This document shows positions 48,186 through 57,707 of a stretch of 64,000 nt of DNA, piece by piece; position 1 is the first letter of the stretch, and each line of letters starts with the position of its first letter. The notes beneath the pieces were generated by a model. The model was not told the origin of the DNA and ran no database searches. It saw only the letters and a program-made list of their open reading frames with translations. Source of the DNA: Nitrosopumilus sp. (GTDB lineage: Archaea > Thermoproteota > Nitrososphaeria > Nitrososphaerales > Nitrosopumilaceae); NCBI GenBank assembly GCA_963667665.2, contig OY763927.2, positions 992,001 to 1,056,000 on the forward strand, in the 5' to 3' direction. The position numbers and the translations under genes were made by a program.

Positions 48186-51100
48186 TCATTCAGGAATTTT
48201 ATCTAAAATAGAAATTTCAGAATCTGAAAATTGGTAAAGTTTGTAAATTAAATCATTTAATTCATGATCGTCTTTAGAAATGACTTTATCAATTTTTGTG
48301 ATTGAATCAGTTTTTGTTTTGAAATACTGTTCCCAATCCTCCTGTTCAGTTGGAGTTAAAGTTGATTGAGATATTTTTTCTAGTTCAGACAAGAATTCGT
48401 TAAATTGGATAGTATAGAAATTTTTAAAATCTGTAGATATTGATGAAATATTGAATTTGTGAAAAACGCGATTCCAGAAATTTTGCTCTTCTTCAATTTT
48501 ACTTTTGTAATTCTTCAACAGTTTTTCTACTAGAGAGATGATCTGTTTTTGTTGATTCTCATCTGCATTAAAAACAGGGAATAATCTAAATTTTGTTACA
48601 CCAATATCTACTCCAACACCTCTGTGTTTTCCATATCTATTGAACCAATATCTAGCCATATTAGAATTCAAAAGACCCAAAAGATATTTGAGATCAAAGT
48701 TAGAATCTTTTTTAGAAATTACAGAAAAAGAAAATCCAACAAAATATTGTTCCTCATCATAATAGAATTCCGGAGAAGAAAACATTCCTTTACAAATTAA
48801 TTTAGGATTGAGAAAAAAATGATCAGGTCTAGGTCTGTGTAAGCCATAAGGATGATTTACGGATGTAATGAAAGGAGACAAATTATCTAGATGTTTTTGA
48901 ATATTAGGATATTCGCCATCTGAGATTTTTTCTCTAACTCCTTCATCAGAATAAATTAGATATTCATTTTTGAAACTAATTGAATACTTTCCAACTGCAG
49001 TACTAACGAGATATTTTTTTAGAACTTCTTGTTCTTGATTGCTAAAATTAAGAGATTTCATTTCTGATTCAGATAAAACAAAAATTCCATCACCTACTTG
49101 GAATTCTTTAGAACCAATTTCATCAAGTGCATTTTGGTCTACTTTATCAGTAGATTCTTGAACACCTGTTGATGAATTATAGACATCACCCAAGTCACTG
49201 CAATTTTTAAAGTCTATTTCATCTGGAAAGAAATCCAATGAAAGATCAGGAGTGAACAGTTTTGAATATGGTTTGATGATTTTATTTTTTTCCAAGATTA
49301 CTTTTTTGAATTCTTTTTTGTCAAGTTTGATGTATGTTGTTTTATCGTTTGCTTGTGTCTTGTTTTTACGATATAGATGAATCATATGTTTGTCGCTCAC
49401 GTCTTTGAAAACTTTGATCTTCCCAAAATCTACACATTTTTCTAAAATTAAATTATCTTTAATTCTTTGAATCATTTTTTTAGAACCTGAACTCTTATAC
49501 CAATAACTATTGGTGATTAATCCAAATCGTCCTCCATCTTTTAGAACTTCAATTGCTCTATGTACAAAAAAATACCAATAGTCCATCTTTCCTTGATGAT
49601 AGTCACCCAAATCAGCATTGATTACAGGCTCAAAAGTATCCTTATTGTCCATTTCTTTAGCGTATGGAGGATTTGTTACTACGATGTCAAACCCAGGTTC
49701 ATCACGCAATTTTTCACTAAGTATTTCTGGAAATTCTGCGTTCCAATCAAATCCGGTCCCATCATCATTTTTATCAGTCAAACTATTTCCATGTTGGATT
49801 CTTGCAGAAAGGCCAATCAACTGTCTTCCTTTAGAGGCTATTTTTAAAAATAAACTTAATTTAGTAATTTCAACTGATTCAGAATTAATATCAACACCAT
49901 AGATGTTATCTTTGATTATACCTCTTGCAAAAACTTTTTCGGATTCTTTATCAAATGTCATCCACTTTTGAGTGCCAGATCTTTTTCCTTTTGTTGCATG
50001 GATGTAAGAACCACCTTTTTGTTTAAATTTTTGAATTTCATCATGAATTGAAAGTAAAATATCTACAGATTTCACTAAAAATGCACCACTACCACAAGCA
50101 GGATCAAGAATTTTGATTTTTTGAAATTTATCTTCTAATTCTTGGATATTATCTTTATATTCCAAAATTAGTTGGTGTGGTTCAGTTACACCTTTTTTTG
50201 AGAGATATGGAATAATTGTATTTTTACAAATGTATTCTGTAACATATTCAGGCGTATAAAAAACTCCTTCTTTTTTTCTTTGAGATTTCTTTTTGTTTTG
50301 TAATTCTTCTAAATCACCAATAGATTGTTCAAAAATATGTCCTAGAATATTGACGCTGATTTTTTCATGATACTCATCTGTATCTTGATCCTTGGAATCA
50401 TCAGGTTCATCATTGAAGTCATATGAATCCATTTTGAGCAGATTAATGATTATTGGACTAATTTTTCCATTGTAACGATCTACAGCATTTTGACGAATTT
50501 TGTTTAATTTGACTCTCTCAGGTACTGGAACTTTTTCTGTAATTTTATCAAAAAAGGATTTTTCTTTAAAATCGTAGAAAAAGGCATTCCTATCCATAGG
50601 TTCTTTAAAGAATTCTCCATTGAAACCGGATTTATTGTCAATTTCATTACTACCTGTATCCATCCATGAGAATATTGTTTGAATGTAATCTGAAATTTTA
50701 GTGGTTTTTTCTTTAACGTCACCCGAATTAAGAAGTGCCAAAATTCCATCAGAAAATATATCCTTTTTGACCAGATTATTATCTTCGGCAAAAAATAAGA
50801 AAATTAATCTGTTGAGATAAGTTTGAGCAAATTTTATTGCATCATCATTATCTACATTTGATTTATCTTGAAAGGCATGTATTAACATTAATCTTGTTTG
50901 ATGATATAGTTTATAGAAATCATCTGTAAGATCTTCTTCTTCAACTTCAGTTTCATGTTTTAATGTTTTTATGAATCTTGAATCTATACTATCTTTGGAA
51001 AATATAGAAATGAATTCTATGATTTCTTGTTCTAATAATTTCATTTTTTTAGGTGGAAATGTAAATTTGTAACATTCTGCTCTCATAGATTCCCTTGTAA

Positions 51101-51518
51101 TGAGTACAAATTCTTCAAAATTTGTAACTACAGCATAATCAATTTCAGGATTTTTTTCAATGTATGTAATTGCTTGTGTAATCGGAGTATCTTGTTCTTT
51201 TTTATCATAACCCTGAAATTCAAATAATTTCTTTTTTCTGCTTTTTAATTCAAATAAAACACCACCAGATCCAGAAGGGGGAATATAGCTAAAATCTAAT
51301 CTATTTACTTCCTCTCGGATTTTTTCTCTTGGATATCCAAGAGCATCAATCATCAAATCTCTAAAATGTCCTTTGTTTTGTGTTTCTATTTTTAATTCGT
51401 CAGCGTCTAAACGCTCTTTCCATTTTTTTACAGGTGTTTTTTGTTTTGGTAAAATTTTTTTCCCTGTACAAAGTTCTTTTCTTTTTGTTTCAGAAAATAG
51501 AGTATTTGGAATTTCCAT
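48186..51518 (-). CDS. Fused restriction endonuclease / N6-adenine methyltransferase / TRD (type IIG/IIL, Eco57I-like)
   Basis: N-terminal RLDF...FELK nuclease motif; LNRLIFLFFAED, ILGHIFEQ, GVFYTP, ILDPACGSGAFL, IYGVDI and FDIVVTNPPY; TaqI-C-like LLGLLNS tail. Confidence 0.9.
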   Translation of the reverse strand: MEIPNTLFSETKRKELCTGKKILPKQKTPVKKWKERLDADELKIETQNKGHFRDLMIDALGYPREKIREEVNRLDFSYIPPSGSGGVLFELKSRKKKLFEFQGYDKKEQDTPITQAITYIEKNPEIDYAVVTNFEEFVLITRESMRAECYKFTFPPKKMKLLEQEIIEFISIFSKDSIDSRFIKTLKHETEVEEEDLTDDFYKLYHQTRLMLIHAFQDKSNVDNDDAIKFAQTYLNRLIFLFFAEDNNLVKKDIFSDGILALLNSGDVKEKTTKISDYIQTIFSWMDTGSNEIDNKSGFNGEFFKEPMDRNAFFYDFKEKSFFDKITEKVPVPERVKLNKIRQNAVDRYNGKISPIIINLLKMDSYDFNDEPDDSKDQDTDEYHEKISVNILGHIFEQSIGDLEELQNKKKSQRKKEGVFYTPEYVTEYICKNTIIPYLSKKGVTEPHQLILEYKDNIQELEDKFQKIKILDPACGSGAFLVKSVDILLSIHDEIQKFKQKGGSYIHATKGKRSGTQKWMTFDKESEKVFARGIIKDNIYGVDINSESVEITKLSLFLKIASKGRQLIGLSARIQHGNSLTDKNDDGTGFDWNAEFPEILSEKLRDEPGFDIVVTNPPYAKEMDNKDTFEPVINADLGDYHQGKMDYWYFFVHRAIEVLKDGGRFGLITNSYWYKSSGSKKMIQRIKDNLILEKCVDFGKIKVFKDVSDKHMIHLYRKNKTQANDKTTYIKLDKKEFKKVILEKNKIIKPYSKLFTPDLSLDFFPDEIDFKNCSDLGDVYNSSTGVQESTDKVDQNALDEIGSKEFQVGDGIFVLSESEMKSLNFSNQEQEVLKKYLVSTAVGKYSISFKNEYLIYSDEGVREKISDGEYPNIQKHLDNLSPFITSVNHPYGLHRPRPDHFFLNPKLICKGMFSSPEFYYDEEQYFVGFSFSVISKKDSNFDLKYLLGLLNSNMARYWFNRYGKHRGVGVDIGVTKFRLFPVFNADENQQKQIISLVEKLLKNYKSKIEEEQNFWNRVFHKFNISSISTDFKNFYTIQFNEFLSELEKISQSTLTPTEQEDWEQYFKTKTDSITKIDKVISKDDHELNDLIYKLYQFSDSEISILDKIPE

Positions 51519-51626
51519 TTTTTAGACAAAATGTGTTTTTTATTATACGTTCTAAAGATTTCTATTAATATGAAATTATGATGAACTCTTCATAATTTAA
51601 TAACTTCAGAGATCATAAACTAATAC

Positions 51627-54600
51627 TTGGTTCTCAATGATTCTCAAAAACAGGCAGTAGAACATCTCGATAGTCCCCTTTTAGTCTCTGCAGGTCCTGG
51701 AAGTGGAAAAACAAGAGTAATTGTTGAAAGAATAAAATTTCTAGTTGAAAATAATCATGCCAAAAAATCAGAGATTTTATGCCTGACATTTTCTGAAAAA
51801 GCAGCCCAAGTGATGTCAGACAGATTAGAAGAAATTTTTGGAGATGTTTCTGAAATGCAAATTAGTACATTTCACTCATTTTGTCATGACATTCTAGGAG
51901 ATAATGTCCTTGAAACAGGAATTGGTATTACAGATGTAATAGATAGAGCAAGTCTTTTGGTATGGGGTCTTAAAAATATTGACAGTTTTGGATTTGAACA
52001 TATTGAAATTGGAAACAATGCAGCAGAAGTAATTGAATCACTAATTGATGGTATTAGTACATTCAAAGATGAACTAGTTAGTTCTGATGAATTAAGAGAA
52101 TATTTAGATAAAAAACAAAGCCAAGAAGATATCAATATTGAAGAAAGAGATTATCTTCGTATGCTAGATGACTTGCACAAAGTCTATGTAAAACATATAG
52201 AATTTTTGAGAAGTGCAAAACTAATTGATTTTGATGATATGATTGTACTTACAAATGAAAAACTAAAAGAAAAACCAAACATGCTAAAAAAGTATCAAAA
52301 GAAATTCAAACATATTCTAGTTGATGAATTTCAAGACAACAACTTTGCACAATTTCAACTAGTACAACAACTAACACCAGAAGGAAATCTCACAGTAGTG
52401 GGAGATGCTGATCAAAGCATTTACAAATTCCAAGGAGCATATGATAGAATTTTTCAGCATTTCAAAGAAGCATATCCTGATTCAACAGAAATAATACTTG
52501 CAGAAAACTATCGTAGTCCAAAAAATCTAGTTGAGCTTGCAGGTCAATTACTAGAACCAATTATAAGTAGAGAACCAAAGAAATTATTTTCAAACAAAGA
52601 TGATAAATCAAAGACAATTGTTGTTCGTTGCAATAATGATATGGCTGAAGTTGAATATGTGGTAAACCAAATTAAAGAGATTCTAAATTCTAATTCAGAA
52701 TATTCTTTCAAGGATTTTGCAGTATTATCAAGAAAACGAGCAGATGGTAAGAAATTTGCCCAGTCACTGAATGCCTTTAACATTCCTGCCAACTATGTAG
52801 GAGATACAAAGATTTTCACATCGGCCACAGGCAAAAACATGCTTTCTTATCTGAAAATTATGGCAAATCCAACTACTTCAGGCATGCACATCTACCGTGT
52901 TTTGAGGCTACATGGTATTTCAGAGCAAAACATCTCAAAAATCATGTATCAGGCATCACGAAAGGCTAGAAAATCAGATACTGATAATGACTTTGTTTAT
53001 GATTCATTGTGTGATGATATTTCTGAAATTACCCAAAAACCAGAATTAAGGGAATTATCTGATTTGTTTTCAAGGATTACCAAACTTGAAACAATGCAAA
53101 GTGTCAGCGAATCAATTTTACAAGTAATGATGAAAGAGACGGATTTGTACAAGAGTCTTACAAGAGAAGATACTCTTGAGAATAGAAATTATCAAACAAT
53201 TCTAAAAGAAATTTTCAAGATTGCTCAACAATTTGAGAATCTAAATCCTGATGGTACAATTGACGATTTCTTGGGATATCTTGAGTCACTTGATAAATTT
53301 GATATTGAAACTGAAGAAGGATTAGAATCAGATAATACAGTTCAAGTATCTACAATTCACCAAAGTAAAGGTAAAGAATTTCCATTTGTCTTTGTTGTAG
53401 ATGTTGCTCAAAGAAAAATGCCACTAAAGTATAACCCAAAAACATTCTATGTTCCTGATGAATTATCAAAAGGATTAATGATGCATGATACAGGAAAAGA
53501 AAGTTACATCAAAGAAGAAAGAAGATTACTCTATGTAGCAATGACTAGAGCAATTAACCAACTATTCATCATATTTCCAATAAAATACACTAGCAATAAA
53601 AGACCAAACAAACCATCACAATTCTTAGACGAATTAAATTATGATGAAAATGATTTAATTGAACTAATTGACTTTAATGGAAAAACTCAAGAATCAATGC
53701 TACAAGACCAAGAGCGACTAGATATTCTAAAAAATGATTATGCAGGACAAGCAATTACACATCTTAATCAGATGCAATTTCAAAGTGCAGTTAAGAGAAT
53801 TATTGATCTTGCTAAAATTGATTACTTTGAGAAAAATAAAACTTTGGATGGATTCTCTGCTGAATCATTTCTAAAATCAGAAGACAATGAAGAACTTGAA
53901 AGTCAATTATTTGAAAACAAAATTCCACTAGTGAACAAAGAGAAACTAAGATTATCAAAATCTAAATTTTCAGTCTATCAGGAATGTCCACTAGAGTACA
54001 AATTTTCACATGTTCTTCGAGTGCCTACTATTCAAGGAACTGCCCAATACATGGGAAATGCATTTCATAAGGTAGTGGAGATTCTGGCTGGAATTGAAAT
54101 GGAAGGCAGAAAACCTACCTATGAAGAAGCCCTTGAGACGCTTGAAAAGACCTGGAATTCTAATGCGTATTTGAAAAAACCCAAGAAAAAGGAGCAAGAA
54201 GATCGTCAATTAGTGGAAAATATGCTTCAAACATACATTTCATGGCTAGAATCAAACCCCAATTCAGTAGTGGATGTGGAAAAGAAGTTTCAGTTAGAGT
54301 TTGAAGGTATCAAGATTACAGGTGATATTGACAGAATCGAAAAGACACCTGCAGGGAAATACCATATTGTTGATTTTAAGACAGGTAAAAGTATTCCCAG
54401 TGGAATTATCAAAAATATTTCAGAAGATATTCAAATGAATCTTTATGCTTTGGGAGTAGAAAAACTCTACAATGAATTACCAGAAAGAAGTTCATTATAC
54501 TATATTAGAAATGAAAAAACTATACCATATGATGTTGATGCAACCAAAGTTGAAGAAATTAAAAAACAATTAGAAGAAAATACAAAATCAATTCTAAATG

Positions 54601-54683
54601 AAGAGTTTGATGCTACACCCGGAAAACCATGTAGAAATTGCTCTTACAAAGATATTTGTGATTATAAAGTAACTACATATTAG
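51627..54683 (+). CDS. UvrD/PcrA helicase fused to a Cas4/AddB-like PD-(D/E)XK nuclease
   Basis: AGPGSGKT, VDEFQD, VGDADQSIY, NYRS, TIHQSKGKEF and ERRLLYVAMTRA; C-terminal ECP...GDIDRI...VDFKTG...QMNLY...CRNCSYKDIC. Confidence 0.92.
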   Translation: MVLNDSQKQAVEHLDSPLLVSAGPGSGKTRVIVERIKFLVENNHAKKSEILCLTFSEKAAQVMSDRLEEIFGDVSEMQISTFHSFCHDILGDNVLETGIGITDVIDRASLLVWGLKNIDSFGFEHIEIGNNAAEVIESLIDGISTFKDELVSSDELREYLDKKQSQEDINIEERDYLRMLDDLHKVYVKHIEFLRSAKLIDFDDMIVLTNEKLKEKPNMLKKYQKKFKHILVDEFQDNNFAQFQLVQQLTPEGNLTVVGDADQSIYKFQGAYDRIFQHFKEAYPDSTEIILAENYRSPKNLVELAGQLLEPIISREPKKLFSNKDDKSKTIVVRCNNDMAEVEYVVNQIKEILNSNSEYSFKDFAVLSRKRADGKKFAQSLNAFNIPANYVGDTKIFTSATGKNMLSYLKIMANPTTSGMHIYRVLRLHGISEQNISKIMYQASRKARKSDTDNDFVYDSLCDDISEITQKPELRELSDLFSRITKLETMQSVSESILQVMMKETDLYKSLTREDTLENRNYQTILKEIFKIAQQFENLNPDGTIDDFLGYLESLDKFDIETEEGLESDNTVQVSTIHQSKGKEFPFVFVVDVAQRKMPLKYNPKTFYVPDELSKGLMMHDTGKESYIKEERRLLYVAMTRAINQLFIIFPIKYTSNKRPNKPSQFLDELNYDENDLIELIDFNGKTQESMLQDQERLDILKNDYAGQAITHLNQMQFQSAVKRIIDLAKIDYFEKNKTLDGFSAESFLKSEDNEELESQLFENKIPLVNKEKLRLSKSKFSVYQECPLEYKFSHVLRVPTIQGTAQYMGNAFHKVVEILAGIEMEGRKPTYEEALETLEKTWNSNAYLKKPKKKEQEDRQLVENMLQTYISWLESNPNSVVDVEKKFQLEFEGIKITGDIDRIEKTPAGKYHIVDFKTGKSIPSGIIKNISEDIQMNLYALGVEKLYNELPERSSLYYIRNEKTIPYDVDATKVEEIKKQLEENTKSILNEEFDATPGKPCRNCSYKDICDYKVTTY

Positions 54684-55426
54684 ATTAGAAACTCAGATGC
54701 ATCTATTCCTTCTTGAGTGATTTTTATCCATCTGTTTCGTCCAATCTTTTCAATTTCAATGAATCCCCATTCATTTTTTAGGGGTTCTATGATATTTTTA
54801 TCTAAACTTGCAAATCTTGCTTGAGAATGATTTAATTTTTCTGCATTAATTGTAATTAGTCCTGTCTCTTCTGCAATTTCTGCCATCTCTTTTTTGGTAA
54901 TCTTTTGATTTTTTGCATCATGAATTATTTTCAATGCATCCAATAGTTTCTGTTTTGGAGTTTGTATTTCATATGTTGGTAATGGTATTGTATCTTTGAT
55001 TCCAAAGGATTGTTGTTTTCCTTCAAATGCGGCATATGTTTCAGGTTCCGCATAGAATGGTTGAATATTTTTGCATTCTTTTAGAATCATGCATGCCATC
55101 ATACATGCAATTGCTTGAATTTTAGAACCTGATGCTACATTGACATAAATGTAGTTGTTTTTTTCTTTTGAAATTATTTCTTTTACTGCTTTTATTACTT
55201 TGAATATGCTCAATCTGTCTGCATAAGATATCTCTAACTTTACTCCAAGTTTTTTACATTTTTTTCTAATTAATTCAAGGTATGGCCCTGATTTGTCTTC
55301 ACTAGTTTTTTCATGAACCAATAACCATAGTTTATCTGCCTTGGTTTCTTTTAGAGGGAGGACTATTCTATCAATTTCAAAGCCTAATGGGGCAATATGT
55401 ACTCGAAACGTGGCTAGTTTGCTCAT
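54680..55426 (-). CDS. CARF-like Rossmann plus winged-HTH regulator (DUF6293/HFX_2341, Csa3-like)
   Basis: RVHIAPLGFEIDRI, ADKLWLL and YVNVASGSK motifs; C-terminal IIEPLKNEWGFIEIEKIGRNRWIKITQEG wing. Start placed at MSKLAT. Confidence 0.8.
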   Translation of the reverse strand: MSKLATFRVHIAPLGFEIDRIVLPLKETKADKLWLLVHEKTSEDKSGPYLELIRKKCKKLGVKLEISYADRLSIFKVIKAVKEIISKEKNNYIYVNVASGSKIQAIACMMACMILKECKNIQPFYAEPETYAAFEGKQQSFGIKDTIPLPTYEIQTPKQKLLDALKIIHDAKNQKITKKEMAEIAEETGLITINAEKLNHSQARFASLDKNIIEPLKNEWGFIEIEKIGRNRWIKITQEGIDASEFLI

Positions 55427-55436
55427 AATGGTATCT

Positions 55437-55485
55437 ATAGTATGCATACTATGTTGATAGTATATAATAATTTCTATTACGTAAT
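55437..55485. promoter_or_regulatory. Divergent promoter with palindromic operator candidates
   Basis: Perfect 16-bp palindrome ATAGTATGCATACTAT (55437-55452), 10-bp palindrome ATTACGTAAT (55476-55485), and a TATATAAT box between them. Confidence 0.6.
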
Positions 55486-55491
55486 TATATC

Positions 55492-55608
55492 ATGAAACAA
55501 GAAAACATAATTCAAGAAAACGGATTTAATTCAAAGGCTTCTTTTTATCCTAGAATTATCCGAGAGTTCGAAGATAATGACGAACCAATGTTCTATGGAG
55601 GTAACTAG
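55492..55608 (+). CDS. 38-aa lead microprotein
   Basis: MKQENIIQENGFNSKASFYPRIIREFEDNDEPMFYGGN*; contains a GGAGGT SD for the next ORF. Confidence 0.65.
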   Translation: MKQENIIQENGFNSKASFYPRIIREFEDNDEPMFYGGN

Positions 55609-55785
55609 ATGATAAGTAAAGTACTTCCAAAAGTAGATGAAAAAGAACCTGATTTTGGTTCTGAAGTTTCTGTAAAGAGAATGAACGGAAAGATGCACGA
55701 ATCAATTAACATGATCGATGCTACTTTGAAATCTAAAACAGAATCACTGGATAGTTTGTTGAAGAAATTGAAAGGAGTGATCTAA
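55609..55785 (+). CDS. 58-aa microprotein
   Basis: MISKVLPKVDEKEPDFGSEVSVKRMNGKMHESINMIDATLKSKTESLDSLLKKLKGVI*; abuts the upstream stop. Confidence 0.65.
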   Translation: MISKVLPKVDEKEPDFGSEVSVKRMNGKMHESINMIDATLKSKTESLDSLLKKLKGVI

Positions 55786-55790
55786 TCTTG

Positions 55791-55961
55791 ATGACATCAA
55801 AAATAATCAATCAACAACATGACCAACATGTAAAGGTGTATTACCAACACCTAGAAATCCAAAAAAATATCCATCATATTTCTTGGAAAAATCATAACAT
55901 TGAACAATACATTCAACAAGCTTTGGATGAATATTTGAAAAATCAGGAAGATGTAAAATGA
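55791..55961 (+). CDS. 56-aa microprotein, possibly ribbon-helix-helix-like
   Basis: MTSKIINQQHDQHVKVYYQHLEIQKNIHHISWKNHNIEQYIQQALDEYLKNQEDVK*; AGGAGTGA SD. Confidence 0.6.
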   Translation: MTSKIINQQHDQHVKVYYQHLEIQKNIHHISWKNHNIEQYIQQALDEYLKNQEDVK

Positions 55962-56131
55962 AAATAACAAGAATTCTTCCAAAGTTTCTTGCAAAATCAT
56001 ATCAAGAAGAAGATTTGAGACGAGCAGAAATTAATCTACAATATCATAAAGGTATGGTTAGATTTTTTGAAGACAGAATTGCTGATGGATATGATGAACT
56101 TGCAAGATTGAGGGGATATAATTGGAAGTAA
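55958..56131 (+). CDS. 57-aa helical microprotein
   Basis: MKITRILPKFLAKSYQEEDLRRAEINLQYHKGMVRFFEDRIADGYDELARLRGYNWK*; ATGA overlap. Confidence 0.62.
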   Translation: MKITRILPKFLAKSYQEEDLRRAEINLQYHKGMVRFFEDRIADGYDELARLRGYNWK

Positions 56132-56241
56132 TAACAGAAGTTACTCAATCGCACTTTGTTGTACTTGTAATTTTAGGGATTATCATTACATGTGTTGTAG
56201 TAATTAGCAATATTCCTCAAATTAGGAGATTCAAACATTGA
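56122..56241 (+). CDS. 39-aa single-TM microprotein
   Basis: TTG start after GAGGGGA; MEVITEVTQSHFVVLVILGIIITCVVVISNIPQIRRFKH*. Confidence 0.55.
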   Translation: MEVITEVTQSHFVVLVILGIIITCVVVISNIPQIRRFKH

Positions 56242-56441
56242 CTAAGAAAACTCCACCATGTCCAATATGTAAGAGTAAAAATGTTGCATGGATTTTTTAT
56301 GGATATCCAGGAAACATGGAATGGTATCTTGAGGCAATAGCAAAAAAGGAGATTGTTGGTGGGGGCTGTGAGATTTCATTTGATGATCCAAAATGGGTAT
56401 GCAATGGTTGTCATCATAGGTGGGGAGAAAGAGATGAGTAA
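56238..56441 (+). CDS. Small zinc-finger protein
   Basis: CPIC...IFYGYP...GGC...WVCNGCHHRW; TTGA overlap with the upstream ORF. Confidence 0.75.
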   Translation: MTKKTPPCPICKSKNVAWIFYGYPGNMEWYLEAIAKKEIVGGGCEISFDDPKWVCNGCHHRWGERDE

Positions 56442-56727
56442 TCTTACAGTTGATTCCAAGAAAAAAAGTGCATCAGAAGCCTTTGTCAATTCTTTTGGGG
56501 GCTATCCAATAGGATATGCAGTAGGAATTCTAATTTTGCCAATATCTATGGGCTGGATTCAAGAGGATCCTCTAGTTGCAAACTTGGCAATTACTTTTGT
56601 CTATGCTACAGTTTCTTTTGTTCGGAGTTATGTTCTAAGAAGAACATTTGAGAAATATGGAATTGATGATAATTTCTTAAGAGCAGGTATGAAATTGATT
56701 AGAAAAATTTCATTGAGGAGAATGTAG
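56434..56727 (+). CDS. Small two-TM membrane protein resembling phage-associated families
   Basis: Start placed at MSNLTV; DSKKKSASEAFVN...G and VSFVRSYVLRRTFE motifs. Confidence 0.7.
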   Translation: MSNLTVDSKKKSASEAFVNSFGGYPIGYAVGILILPISMGWIQEDPLVANLAITFVYATVSFVRSYVLRRTFEKYGIDDNFLRAGMKLIRKISLRRM

Positions 56728-56730
56728 AGA

Positions 56731-56988
56731 ATGGGTGAAGAAAAAGTATGTTGTATATGCAATGAACATAAGAAATTTCTTGGACGTATCAATGCAGGAC
56801 AAAAACTCTATTGTATGCAATGTCAAGCAAAAATTACTGAAGAATATGGAATGAATTATTGGAAACCATGCTCTTTTCAAGAATTCATGGAAGCATTTTC
56901 ATCTTCTATCCATAAAGGAAAAAGAAAACCAGCAAACATGTTTAATAATCTAAGAGAAACGTTACGAAAATTTGATGATGATATATGA
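56731..56988 (+). CDS. Small zinc-finger protein
   Basis: CCIC ... YCMQC; GAGGAG SD. Confidence 0.7.
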   Translation: MGEEKVCCICNEHKKFLGRINAGQKLYCMQCQAKITEEYGMNYWKPCSFQEFMEAFSSSIHKGKRKPANMFNNLRETLRKFDDDI

Positions 56989-57224
56989 ACCAAGAAGAAA
57001 TGACTCGCATAGTAAAAGAAGAATTAAGACACATTCCAAGTGGTGATGGTGTTATGCATGGATGGTTACAAACTTACTATAATAGACGCAGAAGACATGA
57101 TCTAACCAAGGGAAGAAAAAAGGAAGAAACACTGTCATGGTGTATTGATGAGATTAGAAAAGAATCTCCAGGGTGGCTTGCTGAATATGACATTACTTTT
57201 TTCAAAATCACCAATAACAAGTAG
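56985..57224 (+). CDS. Hypothetical protein
   Basis: 79 aa with ATGA overlap. Confidence 0.7.
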   Translation: MNQEEMTRIVKEELRHIPSGDGVMHGWLQTYYNRRRRHDLTKGRKKEETLSWCIDEIRKESPGWLAEYDITFFKITNNK

Positions 57225-57261
57225 GAATAGTTATAGACATTGAAAAGATATTCAAAATAAA

Positions 57262-57698
57262 ATGACTCAACAAACTGCTAAAAAAGCAATTGCACTACTG
57301 ATTAAGAAAGATTCCAGGTTTCATGAACCTGATAAAAAGCAAAGAACTAACCTATCAGTTGCGTTTGCCAGAAAAAATATGATTCTTTATGGAAGAGCAT
57401 TTGATATTATAAAACTAAAAAAGAAATCAATTTAGATGATGGAGAAAAAGTTTTCAAAAACATTGATAGTATTCTTGTATATGAAATTAAATCTACTGCA
57501 AATAAAGATGTAGGAAAAAATTTTGAAAATTACTTTTTTAGTCTTAGTACTGCAGAACTTTTAGTTGCACAAAGCTTGAATGATAGATTCAGATTTGTAT
57601 TGGTGAATATCTTTACAAAAGAAACTCAAGATCTTACTCTAAAGAAATTTTTCAAAAAGGTTAGAAAAATTTATCCCACATGGTCCGTTAGTTTTTAG
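57262..57698 (+). pseudogene. DUF3883/NOV-like PD-(D/E)XK endonuclease requiring a -1 frameshift
   Basis: Frame 0 gives MTQQTAKK...GRAFDIIKLKK; the -1 frame gives EINLDD...YEIKST...FFSLSTAELLVAQSLNDRFRFVLV...PTWSVSF*. Confidence 0.7.
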
Positions 57699-57707
57699 AG
57701 TATAATT

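Noticed and set aside
47977-48189. 70-aa minus-strand ORF as a gene or integrase remnant
   Set aside because: It has no recognisable motif and no tyrosine recombinase R-H-R-Y pattern.
54006-54683. Cas4-like domain and CARF gene as a CRISPR-Cas locus
   Set aside because: No array, cas1/cas2 or effector genes occur in the window, and the nuclease is fused to UvrD.
55492-57224. Intact provirus
   Set aside because: No capsid, terminase, portal, replication or integrase gene is recognisable; a remnant origin remains possible.
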